From Candidatus Pacearchaeota archaeon (GTDB lineage Archaea > Nanobdellota > Nanobdellia > Pacearchaeales > GW2011-AR1), in assembly GCA_040879805.1 (NCBI GenBank), contig JBBDJP010000001.1:66173-130172 (forward strand): a stretch of 64,000 bases of DNA, given 5' to 3'. Both the position numbers and the translations under genes were made by a program. Below the pieces are notes generated by a model. That model was not told the DNA's origin and ran no database searches. It worked only from the letters and a program-made list of their open reading frames with translations. Below are positions 10,029 to 18,660 of the stretch, in pieces (positions within the stretch are counted from its first letter, which is position 1; every line of letters starts with the position of its first letter).

Positions 10029-10087
10029 AATTTTAGCTAAAGACTTAAAAATCAAAAACCCCAAATAATTTTAGCTAAAGACTTAAA
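10029..10087. repeat. 21-bp direct repeat, two copies
   Basis: AATTTTAGCTAAAGACTTAAA at 10029-10049 and 10067-10087. Confidence 0.9.
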
Positions 10088-10102
10088 TTTGCAAAAATAA
10101 AA

Positions 10103-10753
10103 ATGGCTGAACAACAATATAAAAGAAACATTGCATACAAACTAAGAATTGGAGATCTTTTAATGGGAAAACCTGTGAACAATGGAGAAAGATTTGGTTT
10201 TCTAGAACTTGGAGATAAAAAAATAGTTAGAGTTAATATAGTAGGAAATATTATCGAAAGATATGAAAGTGAGGGAGAAAGAAAATATTTATTTTTGACG
10301 CTTGACGATGGTTCTGGACAAATAAAACTTAAAATTTTTGGAGATGATTCTGATAGATTTAAGGAAGTAGTACAGGGACAAACAGTAGTCGTCATAGGGA
10401 CTCTAAGATACTGGAATGATGAACTTTATATTTCTCCAGAAATTATAAGGGATCTGGACCCAAAATATCTTTTGATTAGGAAATTGGAAACTGAAAAAAA
10501 TAAAACTCAAAGTTCCTCTAACAAGGATGATTCTGACAATGTCCTAAGTGAAAAAGAACAAACAACTGCAATTAAAGATAAAATTCTTGATCTGATTAAA
10601 TCTGCGGAAGAAGATGGGGGTATTGAAACTAAAAAAGTTCTTGAAAGATTCTCGGATGTCTCTCCAGACATAATAAATCAGGAGATAAAAAAATTCCTTG
10701 AGGAAGGAATTGCTTTTGAACCACGACCAGGGAAAATTAGATACTTGGGTTAG
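10103..10753 (+). CDS. RPA32-like ssDNA-binding protein (OB fold plus C-terminal winged helix)
   Basis: RVNIVG, LTLDDGSGQI, C-terminal EEG.AFEPRPGKIR. Confidence 0.85.
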   Translation: MAEQQYKRNIAYKLRIGDLLMGKPVNNGERFGFLELGDKKIVRVNIVGNIIERYESEGERKYLFLTLDDGSGQIKLKIFGDDSDRFKEVVQGQTVVVIGTLRYWNDELYISPEIIRDLDPKYLLIRKLETEKNKTQSSSNKDDSDNVLSEKEQTTAIKDKILDLIKSAEEDGGIETKKVLERFSDVSPDIINQEIKKFLEEGIAFEPRPGKIRYLG

Positions 10754-10757
10754 ATCT

Positions 10758-11366
10758 TTATTTTTTCTTACATAAATAATCTAAAAAATTCTTCCCCTTA
10801 CCTACATTTATCTTCCAACTGTCAAGCACAACAAAATAGTCTTTTAAAATTCCTTTAATTTCTTTATCAGAATATAGCGAGAACCATCTTTTTCCTCCTT
10901 CCTTAAAATCTACAAACCCTTCCCCTTACCCTTCTTTTAAGGATAAAAAGAAAAAACCATCTTCTTTGATTATGTAATGAATTTTGCGAATGATTGATTT
11001 TATATTGGATTTAGGTATATGTAAAAGTGAAGTATAGGCCCAAATAACATCAAAATCTCCTTCCTTAAAATTTAAATTCTCGATGTCTGACTTAATTGTA
11101 TTCAATCCTTTTTCCTTACATTTCTGGAGCATAGATTCTGAAATATCTAAGCATAAAACATCAAATCCTTTATTTTTAAGAAATAATGCATGGTTTCCAG
11201 GCCCTGATCCTAAATCAAGTATCTTTGCTCCCTTGGGAAATTTTTTGGAAATCCTATCTAACTCTTTCTTAATAAATTTTAAAATATATTCTCTAAATTT
11301 TTTGTCGAAATACTCTGGAAATTTATCATACACTTCTCTTGTCTTTTTCTTATAATTTTTAATCAT
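10758..11366 (-). pseudogene. Class I SAM-dependent methyltransferase interrupted by one in-frame TAA
   Basis: ILDLGSGPG, FDVIWAYTSLLH; after TAA at 10926-10928 the same frame continues GEGFVDFKEGGKRWFSLYSDKEI...CKKK to a stop at 10758. Confidence 0.8.
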
Positions 11367-11396
11367 TAAATAAAATTGAAACTAATAATTAAAAAA

Positions 11397-12017
11397 CTAT
11401 CCTCTCTTCCGCACTTTTCTCTTTTTTTTCTTTTTTCCAAATCTCTTTTCAAACCAATAAGCAAGCCAGATTAAGGTGATTAGTCCTATAATAGAAATTA
11501 TAAATTTGAGCCAATTATCTGCAAATTTCCAAAAGCCTCCAACACTCCAAAAAATTACTCCTACTCCTCCTGCCATTAATCCTGATCCAACTGTTTCAAG
11601 GCCAAAAATAACTAAACCTAGGGCAATTATTAGAATTCCCAAAGGAACTGCCAAAAGAAATATATTTCGAGAATATTTTTCTCTTTCATCCTCATAGACA
11701 TCCCAACAATTTTCTCCAGAAAGTGCTATCTTGCATTGTTCTAAAGTTTCAAAAGTTGTTTTACCATCAGGCCCACATCCCGAACCACAATCATTTAAAA
11801 AACAATCTTCATTCTCAATATCAAGTTCATACATCTCTACACAAACTGCAGGACAGACCTCTTCATTAGCGTCTCCAATATCTGGAACAGGACTTCTAAT
11901 ATTGAAACATAATTCTCCATAATCTGGAGGAGAGTAAAAAGAATAAATTCCATAAACAACTGCAGAAATTGTAAGAATCATGATTGCAACAGCAATAATA
12001 AAACTTTTCAAATTCAT
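11397..12017 (-). CDS. Membrane protein with Cys-rich extracellular loop
   Basis: N-terminal TM, loop with 8 Cys, three C-terminal TMs, basic tail; start at ATG 12017. Confidence 0.75.
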   Translation of the reverse strand: MNLKSFIIAVAIMILTISAVVYGIYSFYSPPDYGELCFNIRSPVPDIGDANEEVCPAVCVEMYELDIENEDCFLNDCGSGCGPDGKTTFETLEQCKIALSGENCWDVYEDEREKYSRNIFLLAVPLGILIIALGLVIFGLETVGSGLMAGGVGVIFWSVGGFWKFADNWLKFIISIIGLITLIWLAYWFEKRFGKKKKKRKVRKRG

Positions 12018-12067
12018 ATAATAAATCTGATTAAAAGATTTATAAAGATTATCACACACACAAAACT

Positions 12068-12472
12068 ATGGAATATGAAAAATTACTCGAAGAAGCCTAT
12101 AAAAAAGTTAAAAAAACCAATTCATCTGGAGAGAGGTTTAAAACTCCGAAAATAGAGGGTCATTTTGAAGGAAAAAAGACTATTCTTACAAATTTCTTTC
12201 AAATAGCTTCAGATCTAAGAAGAAATCCAGATCATTTCCAAAAATTTATGCTTAAAGAACTTGCAGCATCAGGACAAAAAGAAGGTGATCGACTTATTTT
12301 GAACAGAAAGATCTTAAGAGATAATCTTGATAAAAAGGTTAGTGAATACACTAAGGAGTTTGTATTATGTAAGGAGTGTAAAAAACCAGATACTGAATTA
12401 GTTAAAGAAGGGAAGGTTAATATTCTTCGTTGTCTTGCTTGTGGGGCAAAACACCCTGTTAAAGGGGTTTAG
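12068..12472 (+). CDS. eif2b: Translation initiation factor aIF-2 beta
   Basis: YEKLLEEAY, ERFKTP, FVLCKECKKPDT, CLACGA. Confidence 0.95.
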   Translation: MEYEKLLEEAYKKVKKTNSSGERFKTPKIEGHFEGKKTILTNFFQIASDLRRNPDHFQKFMLKELAASGQKEGDRLILNRKILRDNLDKKVSEYTKEFVLCKECKKPDTELVKEGKVNILRCLACGAKHPVKGV

Positions 12473-12526
12473 AAACTCTTAAAAAAGAACTTTTCTTATG
12501 TTTTATATAAATCACGGGAGGTAAAA

Positions 12527-12721
12527 ATGGTAACAGGATATTGCGTAAAGTGTAAGGAGAAAGGCGTTGAACTTAAAGATGCTGCAATTCATCAAACTGC
12601 AAGAGGCGGATATATGGCAAAAGGAAAGTGTGCTAATGGATGTGGCACTACTGTCTGCGCTATGATGTCAAAGGACAACGCAGAAAAAGCAATTCAAGAC
12701 GGAGCAAAAAAAGCTTTTTAA
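12527..12721 (+). CDS. Small zinc-ribbon protein (DUF5679-like)
   Basis: YCVKCK...MAKGKC..GCGT; strong SD GGGAGGT at 12516-12522. Confidence 0.8.
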   Translation: MVTGYCVKCKEKGVELKDAAIHQTARGGYMAKGKCANGCGTTVCAMMSKDNAEKAIQDGAKKAF

Positions 12722-12743
12722 GGCTCAATTTGTTTGTTCTTAG

Positions 12744-13040
12744 ATGATTGTAAACATTATAGAAAGTTACAGAGATGTAATTGCTATCTGCGATAAGAAT
12801 CTTCTAGGGAAAAGATTTGAAGAAGGAAAATTTCAACTTCATATTAAGGAAAGTTTCTACAAAGGAAAAGAAAAATCTGAGAATGAAGTTCTTGAAATAA
12901 TTAAGAATATGGCAAAAGAAGATGCGACTTTTAATATTGTTGGAGAAAAATCTGTAAATGTGGCAATAAAAGCAGGAATAATCAATGAGAATAGTGTTGG
13001 AGAAATTCAAGGGATAAAATTTGCCCTTGTTTTATTATAA
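12744..13040 (+). CDS. DUF424 family protein
   Basis: AICD..LLGK.F, FY.G, NIVGEKSV..A...G. Confidence 0.85.
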   Translation: MIVNIIESYRDVIAICDKNLLGKRFEEGKFQLHIKESFYKGKEKSENEVLEIIKNMAKEDATFNIVGEKSVNVAIKAGIINENSVGEIQGIKFALVLL

Positions 13041-13042
13041 TT

Positions 13043-13393
13043 TTAAGATTGGCTTAAAACAGAGAATTTTCTTCCTGTTATATCTTCATATTGTTTCGAT
13101 AAATCATCTGCTATTCCAAACCGAGAATCAAATTTATTGTCAACTACCTCAATTATATTTTCATGATAATTAAGGTCTATTACCAAAGTAACAAAACCTG
13201 ATCTATTCTCCGTAACTCCATCTCTGCTAGGAAAATAAACATCTCTTAGTATAGAAAAATCAAATCCGTCAAAAGTTACTTCAGGACGACCTAAGTAAAG
13301 TTGATTCGTAGGTTCTTTCTCATTATGTAAGTTAACAAAATTCAGAGTAGTTTTAACAAGTTCACTCTCTTTGTCAAATAAATCTGTTTGCAT
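13043..13393 (-). CDS. Hypothetical protein
   Basis: 116-aa ORF filling the gap, no motif recognised. Confidence 0.5.
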   Translation of the reverse strand: MQTDLFDKESELVKTTLNFVNLHNEKEPTNQLYLGRPEVTFDGFDFSILRDVYFPSRDGVTENRSGFVTLVIDLNYHENIIEVVDNKFDSRFGIADDLSKQYEDITGRKFSVLSQS

Positions 13394-13475
13394 TCTATTT
13401 CAAATTTGATTAAGTTTTTAATTATTTATATTCACAAAAATAATAAAATTTGTATTGGTTCTTCTTTAAAACAAA

Positions 13476-13769
13476 TTACTCAGACACTTTAACCTTTCCC
13501 ACATAATAGCTATTACTGCCTCTTGAAAAGGGGTTGGTGTAAAAAACCTCCAATTCTTTTAATTCAAACGGTAATTCATCAACATCAGTAGAGCCATAAT
13601 AGCTTAAATTTCTTTGTACATAAACATGATGTTTCCGCGCTTCATCAATAAAACTAGAAAGGTCTAGAAAACCTTTACCTGCAAGTTCTTCTATGCCTTT
13701 TTTATCATCTTCTTCAACCAATATTCCTTTTCCATAATCTTCTTCCAGTTTTAAAACTAATTTAGCCAT
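13476..13769 (-). CDS. Hypothetical protein
   Basis: 97-aa ORF with upstream TATA-like TTTAAA, no motif recognised. Confidence 0.5.
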   Translation of the reverse strand: MAKLVLKLEEDYGKGILVEEDDKKGIEELAGKGFLDLSSFIDEARKHHVYVQRNLSYYGSTDVDELPFELKELEVFYTNPFSRGSNSYYVGKVKVSE

Positions 13770-13852
13770 AACCCTTCAAACTCAATATCATTTAAATAAA
13801 TTTATATTCTAGAATGCATTAAACTTATAAATAAAACTAATTTCAAAATCAT

Positions 13853-14176
13853 ATGAAGAAGTACAATAAAGAAACTAATGACGAGCCAAAAGTTAAAAGG
13901 GCTCGCCTTCCAAAAGGAGAACAAATGATAGGGATAGTTGAACAACGGCTTGGAGGAAACAAAATGTTTGTAAACTGTTTGGATGGGAAAAAAAGAAATT
14001 GTCGTGTTCCCGGAAGATTAAAAAGATATTTATGGTTACGTCCAGGTGATGTAGTAATTATAGAACCTTGGGAACTTGATAAAGACAGGGGAGATGTAAT
14101 ATTCAAATATAGAAAAAATCAAATTGAATGGTTAAAAAGGAATGGTTACTTAAAAACTGAATCAGAAGAATTCTAG
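13853..14176 (+). CDS. eif1a: Translation initiation factor aIF-1A
   Basis: RLP..., LGG, CLDGK.R.CRVPGR, W...GDVVIIEPW. Confidence 0.96.
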   Translation: MKKYNKETNDEPKVKRARLPKGEQMIGIVEQRLGGNKMFVNCLDGKKRNCRVPGRLKRYLWLRPGDVVIIEPWELDKDRGDVIFKYRKNQIEWLKRNGYLKTESEEF

Positions 14177-14177
14177 A

Positions 14178-14705
14178 ATGAAGAAACAAATCTATCAAAA
14201 AGCTCCAAGAATTCTAAAGAATAGAAAAAAGCTTGAAAGAGGTTTGAATGTTAAAATTATTAACCGGGGAAAAGAGATAAATATTGATGGAAGTCCTGAG
14301 GAAGAATATGTAGCTGAAAAAGTTCTTGAAGCAATTGAATTAGGATTCCCTTTCAGTGCTGCAATGTCATTAAAAGAATTTGGATATACTCTTGAAAAAC
14401 TAAATATAAAGGACCACACTAAGAGAAAAGATTTAAGAAGTGTCCGAGCAAGAATTATTGGGAAAGATGGAAGAACATTGAAAACCCTTCATACTCTTAC
14501 TCAATGCTTCTTTGAACTAAAAGACAATACTGTTGCAATCATTGGAGATCCCGAACTTGTTAAAAATGCGCACGAAGCAATAATATCTTTGATAAAAGGA
14601 TCTAAACAATCAAACATTTATAGCCGTCTTGAAAAAAGTCAACCAAAAGAAATTTATGACCTCGGATTAAAAAAGGATTTTGATAAACGCGGAAAGTTTA
14701 AATAA
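14178..14705 (+). CDS. KH-domain small-subunit biogenesis protein (Pno1/Dim2)
   Basis: AIELGF, RIIGKDGRT (KH GxxG), follows aIF-1A. Confidence 0.88.
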   Translation: MKKQIYQKAPRILKNRKKLERGLNVKIINRGKEINIDGSPEEEYVAEKVLEAIELGFPFSAAMSLKEFGYTLEKLNIKDHTKRKDLRSVRARIIGKDGRTLKTLHTLTQCFFELKDNTVAIIGDPELVKNAHEAIISLIKGSKQSNIYSRLEKSQPKEIYDLGLKKDFDKRGKFK

Positions 14706-14727
14706 CAAAATTTACTACAAATTTCGA

Positions 14728-14800
14728 GTCCTGGTAGCTCAGTTGGTAGAGCGCGCGGCTGTTAACCGTGAGGTCGTAGGTTCGAGTCCTACCCGGGACG
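14728..14800 (+). tRNA. tRNA-Asn(GUU)
   Basis: GTCCTGG/CCGGGAC acceptor, CGCGG-CTGTTAA-CCGTG anticodon arm, TTCGAGT T-loop, G73. Confidence 0.96.
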
Positions 14801-14801
14801 T

Positions 14802-15533
14802 TTAATTTTTAAAATAAGAATTTATTGTTCCTTGGAGGGAGTTATACCCTCCAATTTCTGCCCTTAAATTAAAATATGTATATTTAGATAACATCCTTAA
14901 AATTCCTTTATCTTCGTACCTACGTACAGAATTCTTTAATTTGCCACATTTTTTTAATATTCCAAAATTCATTCCTTTATCAACAGCTCTTTCAGCAAAA
15001 TCAGAATCTTCGCCAAAAAGACCTTCTCTAAACCCATTAAGTTTATTGAATGCTTTCCTTCTTACGAACATCCCTGACTGCATTTTTGGTTTTTTAGAAT
15101 TTTCTTTCTTAACGAATATCTTGTTTTCAAATTCATAAAGTTTTTCATAAAAAGTTTTTTTTAACCCATCTCCTTTATATTCTGGAGATAAAAGGGTTCC
15201 TGCTACATCCAAATTCTTTGAATTAAATTCCATAAGAGCTCTTAATAAAAAAGTTCTACTATTTGAGTAAGTATCTGCATCTAAAAAGAATAGAATATCA
15301 AATGAAGAATGTTTAGCGCCCTTATTTCTCACTGTTGCCGGCAGCCCCCCTTTAACTATTCTTGCCCCATATTTTCTTGCAATTTCTTCTGTCTTATCTG
15401 TTGTATCTGGAGAAATAGAAACAATAATTTCTAAATTAGTTATTTTTTCTTGAGAACTTAAAAATTTGAGAATTTTTGATAAGTATCTCTCCTCATTTTT
15501 ACATGGAATTATAACACTGATTTCTTTTTTCAC
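14802..15533 (-). CDS. Glycosyltransferase family 2
   Basis: SVIIPCKNEE, RNKGA, FLDAD, GF...EDSDF; GTG start. Confidence 0.9.
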   Translation of the reverse strand: MKKEISVIIPCKNEERYLSKILKFLSSQEKITNLEIIVSISPDTTDKTEEIARKYGARIVKGGLPATVRNKGAKHSSFDILFFLDADTYSNSRTFLLRALMEFNSKNLDVAGTLLSPEYKGDGLKKTFYEKLYEFENKIFVKKENSKKPKMQSGMFVRRKAFNKLNGFREGLFGEDSDFAERAVDKGMNFGILKKCGKLKNSVRRYEDKGILRMLSKYTYFNLRAEIGGYNSLQGTINSYFKN

Positions 15534-15583
15534 AAAGTAATACTAATAAAGAAATTTAAAAAGTTTATCTCTTAACAGATATA

Positions 15584-16699
15584 ATGAAAGATCAAACAAA
15601 CAAACAAAAAGTCCTAGTTGCAATGTCTGGTGGTGTAGACTCAAGTGTAGCAGCACTTCTCCTAAAAAAACAAGGTTACGAAGTTATTGGGGCATTCATG
15701 AAAAATTACACTAACGAAAACACAGATATTGAAAATTGTAATTGGGTTAAGGATAGAAAAGAAGCAATGAAAATAGCGACAAAACTTGGAATTCCTTTAA
15801 TCACTTTTGATTTTGAAAAAGAATACCGAAAACTAGTCGTTGATGAAATGTTTAAACTCTATAAGAAAGGAATTACTCCAAACCCAGATGTTGATTGTAA
15901 TAATAAAATCAAATTCCCTCTTTTAAAGAAAGCTGCAAAGAAACTTAATGCAGATTTTATAGCCACAGGACATTACAGCAAAATAAAAAAAATAGAGGAT
16001 AAATACGAACTCCTACGTGGAAAAGACGAATCAAAAGACCAGAGTTACTTTCTATACAGACTTAACCAAGAAGATCTAAAAAACACACTCTTCCCAGTCG
16101 GAGAACTTACAAAAAAAGATGTCCGAAAAATTGCTAAGAAAAACAAATTTCAAAATTTTAATAGAAAAGGTACAGTAGGAATTTGTTTTATAGGGAAAGT
16201 TAACTTAAAAGATTTTTTGCAAAAAAAGATAAAACCAAAAAAGGGAAAGATTCTAAGCCCTGAAGGAGACCTTATTGGAAATCATGATGGCATATATTAT
16301 TACACAATAGGTCAAAGAATTGGTCCGCGATTTGGAATTAAAGTTGAAAAAAATCCTGAAAACGGAAAAATGAAACGATGGTATGTTGCAAAAAAAGATT
16401 TAAAGAAGAATATTATTATAGCTGCTCCAGAAGGTCACTCTCTTCTTTACAAAAAGGAAATAATTTTGACAGATCCTCATTGGATAAATGAAACTCCAAG
16501 AAATTCTATGAAACTTCACGCAAGAATACGACAAGTAGGGGAACTTCTTCCATGCAAACTTGAAAAAAAATCCAGAAAATGGAAAGTAACTTTAAATAAG
16601 GCAATTAAGGGAGTTTCACAAGGTCAGGCGTGCGTCCTCTATGAAAGGAAAGGAAAAAAATGTCTTGGCGGTGGAGTTATTGATTTCAACAAATCTTAA
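15584..16699 (+). CDS. mnmA: tRNA 2-thiouridylase MnmA
   Basis: AMSGGVDSSVAA, TPNPDVDCN..IKF, ATGHY, KDQSYFL, GICF, YTIGQR, GQACVLY..CLGGG. Confidence 0.95.
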   Translation: MKDQTNKQKVLVAMSGGVDSSVAALLLKKQGYEVIGAFMKNYTNENTDIENCNWVKDRKEAMKIATKLGIPLITFDFEKEYRKLVVDEMFKLYKKGITPNPDVDCNNKIKFPLLKKAAKKLNADFIATGHYSKIKKIEDKYELLRGKDESKDQSYFLYRLNQEDLKNTLFPVGELTKKDVRKIAKKNKFQNFNRKGTVGICFIGKVNLKDFLQKKIKPKKGKILSPEGDLIGNHDGIYYYTIGQRIGPRFGIKVEKNPENGKMKRWYVAKKDLKKNIIIAAPEGHSLLYKKEIILTDPHWINETPRNSMKLHARIRQVGELLPCKLEKKSRKWKVTLNKAIKGVSQGQACVLYERKGKKCLGGGVIDFNKS

Positions 16700-16723
16700 A
16701 AACTTACTATTCTTCTAATACTC

Positions 16724-17281
16724 ATGAACTTAGACAAAGTAATCAAATCAAGAAAAAGTGTTCGTAAATTCTCTGATAAAAAACCAGACTGGCGCGAAAT
16801 TATTAAATGTATTGATGCAGCAAGGTATGCTCCTATAGCAGGAGGGAACAATATTTCAAAATTCATTCTTATAGATGATAAAGAAAAAATCAATAAGCTT
16901 TCAGATTACGCTCAACAAGATTTTATCTCTCAAGCTAATTATGTGGTAGTATTCTGCTCTAATCCTTCAAGGCTAAAAAATGCCTATGGAAAAAAAGGAG
17001 ACGACTATACAAAACAACAAACAGGGGCTGCAATTCAAAACTTTCTCTTAAAGATTGAAGAATCAGGACTTTCTACTTGCTGGATTGGACATTTTGTTGA
17101 AAAACAAGTAAAAAACCTTCTAAAAATTCCTAATGAAGTAAATGTCGAAGCAATGTTTCCAATAGGATATGATTCAGAGAAAAAGAAAACAAAAAAAGCC
17201 CCAACAGATATGGACAATCTTCTTTACTTCAATGAATATGAAAACAAAAGGATGAAAAAATCAAAGAAGTTAAATGTTTAA
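16724..17281 (+). CDS. Nitroreductase family protein
   Basis: I..RKSVRKF, AARYAP, GAAIQN.LL...GL.TCWIG, IGY. Confidence 0.9.
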   Translation: MNLDKVIKSRKSVRKFSDKKPDWREIIKCIDAARYAPIAGGNNISKFILIDDKEKINKLSDYAQQDFISQANYVVVFCSNPSRLKNAYGKKGDDYTKQQTGAAIQNFLLKIEESGLSTCWIGHFVEKQVKNLLKIPNEVNVEAMFPIGYDSEKKKTKKAPTDMDNLLYFNEYENKRMKKSKKLNV

Positions 17282-17284
17282 AAC

Positions 17285-17321
17285 TAAAAAAGAAAAAAGA
17301 AAACCGGGAATTTCTTCCCGG
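17285..17321 (-). terminator. Hairpin plus U-tract terminator downstream of ftsZ
   Basis: CCGGGAA-4nt-TTCCCGG stem (17304-17321) followed on the minus strand by TTTTCTTTTTTCTTTTTT. Confidence 0.65.
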
Positions 17322-17355
17322 AATAAATAAGTTTTTAAGATAAACTAATTTCTGT

Positions 17356-18438
17356 CTATCTACCTCTCCAGACCTCTATTCCTAAATCAGAAACTTCTTT
17401 AGATACTTCTGAAGTATCTTCTGAATTTTTTGAAAGCAGATATGGAGAATTGACTCCTGTCATAATAGTAATAACTCGTACTTTTCCTTGAAACTCTTTA
17501 CTAATTCTCGCACCAATTATTACATTTGCATCAGGTCCAAGGTTCTCAGATACAATTCTTCCAATGTTATCAAACTCTTCTAATTTCAAATCTGATCCAC
17601 ATGTAACGTGTATCAAAGCTCCGTTAGCACCCTTATAGTCCACGTCAAGTAGAGGATGTGTAAGGGCCTGCTTTACTGCTTGATTTACACGCTCAGAAGA
17701 ATCATCTTCACCTATTCCAATGACAGAAACTCCACCTTCTTTCATAATTGCGGATACGTCTGCATAGTCAAGGTTAATCAAGCTAGGCAAAGTTATTGTT
17801 TCAACAAGTCCTTTAATAAAAGAACTTACAAGCTCATTTGCGACAGCAAAGGCCTGTTCAATAGGCAACTGTCCTGCTATATCTACCAACCTATTGTTAT
17901 CAATAATTATTGTTGTATCTGTAACTTCTCTAAGCTCTTGAAGACCAAAATCTGCCTTGTCAAGCCTTGCTTTTTCTGAATCGAAAGGCATTGTAACAAC
18001 TCCTATAACTACTGCACCTGATTCTTTAGCAAGCTGAGCAACGATGGGTGCACCTCCTGTTCCAGTTCCACCACCCATTCCTGCAACAACAAAAACCATG
18101 TCTGCACCAGATGTAGCTTTCTTAAGATCTGTAAGAGATTCTTTGGCAGCTTCTCTACCTACTTGGAATTTTCCTCCTGCTCCAAGACCTCTTGTTAATT
18201 CCTTACCCATCAAAATCTTCTCGTCAGCTTTAGTAACACTTAAGTGCAGAGCGTCTGTGTTTGCAGCATAAACTGTAGCACCTTGAATTCCTTTATTATA
18301 AAGCCAAGTTACTGCATTGCCGCCCATTCCTCCAACACCTAAAACCTTTATGTTGGCCTTTCCTGCCTTCAACTCATCAAAATTGATACTATGAGTCTCC
18401 GCATTCTGTACTGCTTCTTTTGCAAAATCTAACGCCAT
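17356..18438 (-). CDS. ftsZ: Cell division protein FtsZ
   Basis: GVGGMGGN, NTD, GLGAGG, GGGTGTG, INLDYADV; SD GGAGGT. Confidence 0.97.
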   Translation of the reverse strand: MALDFAKEAVQNAETHSINFDELKAGKANIKVLGVGGMGGNAVTWLYNKGIQGATVYAANTDALHLSVTKADEKILMGKELTRGLGAGGKFQVGREAAKESLTDLKKATSGADMVFVVAGMGGGTGTGGAPIVAQLAKESGAVVIGVVTMPFDSEKARLDKADFGLQELREVTDTTIIIDNNRLVDIAGQLPIEQAFAVANELVSSFIKGLVETITLPSLINLDYADVSAIMKEGGVSVIGIGEDDSSERVNQAVKQALTHPLLDVDYKGANGALIHVTCGSDLKLEEFDNIGRIVSENLGPDANVIIGARISKEFQGKVRVITIMTGVNSPYLLSKNSEDTSEVSKEVSDLGIEVWRGR

Positions 18439-18625
18439 TTATTTTAACCTCCTTTCAATTGTATTATTTAGTCGTTAAGTAATCTCAAGACAAACTTTTC
18501 AGCGAAAAGTTTATATACTTGATACACTTCCGACTAATAACAAAGAATTCACCTCAATAATTTATTCAATCCCCCAACCGAATAAATTAATATTATAAGA
18601 GGGCAAGTAACTTATTCTTTAAAAA
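18439..18625 (-). promoter_or_regulatory. Long structured 5' leader and promoter of ftsZ
   Basis: TATA-like box 18618-18625, hairpin 18558-18589, nested hairpin 18468-18537, SD 18447-18452. Confidence 0.6.
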
Positions 18626-18660
18626 CATTATGTTTCTTCAAAACAACTTTTAGAAAAAAA

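Noticed and set aside
10926..10928. Stop-codon reassignment or programmed read-through
   Set aside because: Single instance; TAA, TAG and TGA all terminate conserved genes at expected positions in this window.
18439..18660. cdrS-like ribbon-helix-helix gene upstream of ftsZ
   Set aside because: No ORF of suitable length found on the minus strand; only a 10-codon TTG ORF.
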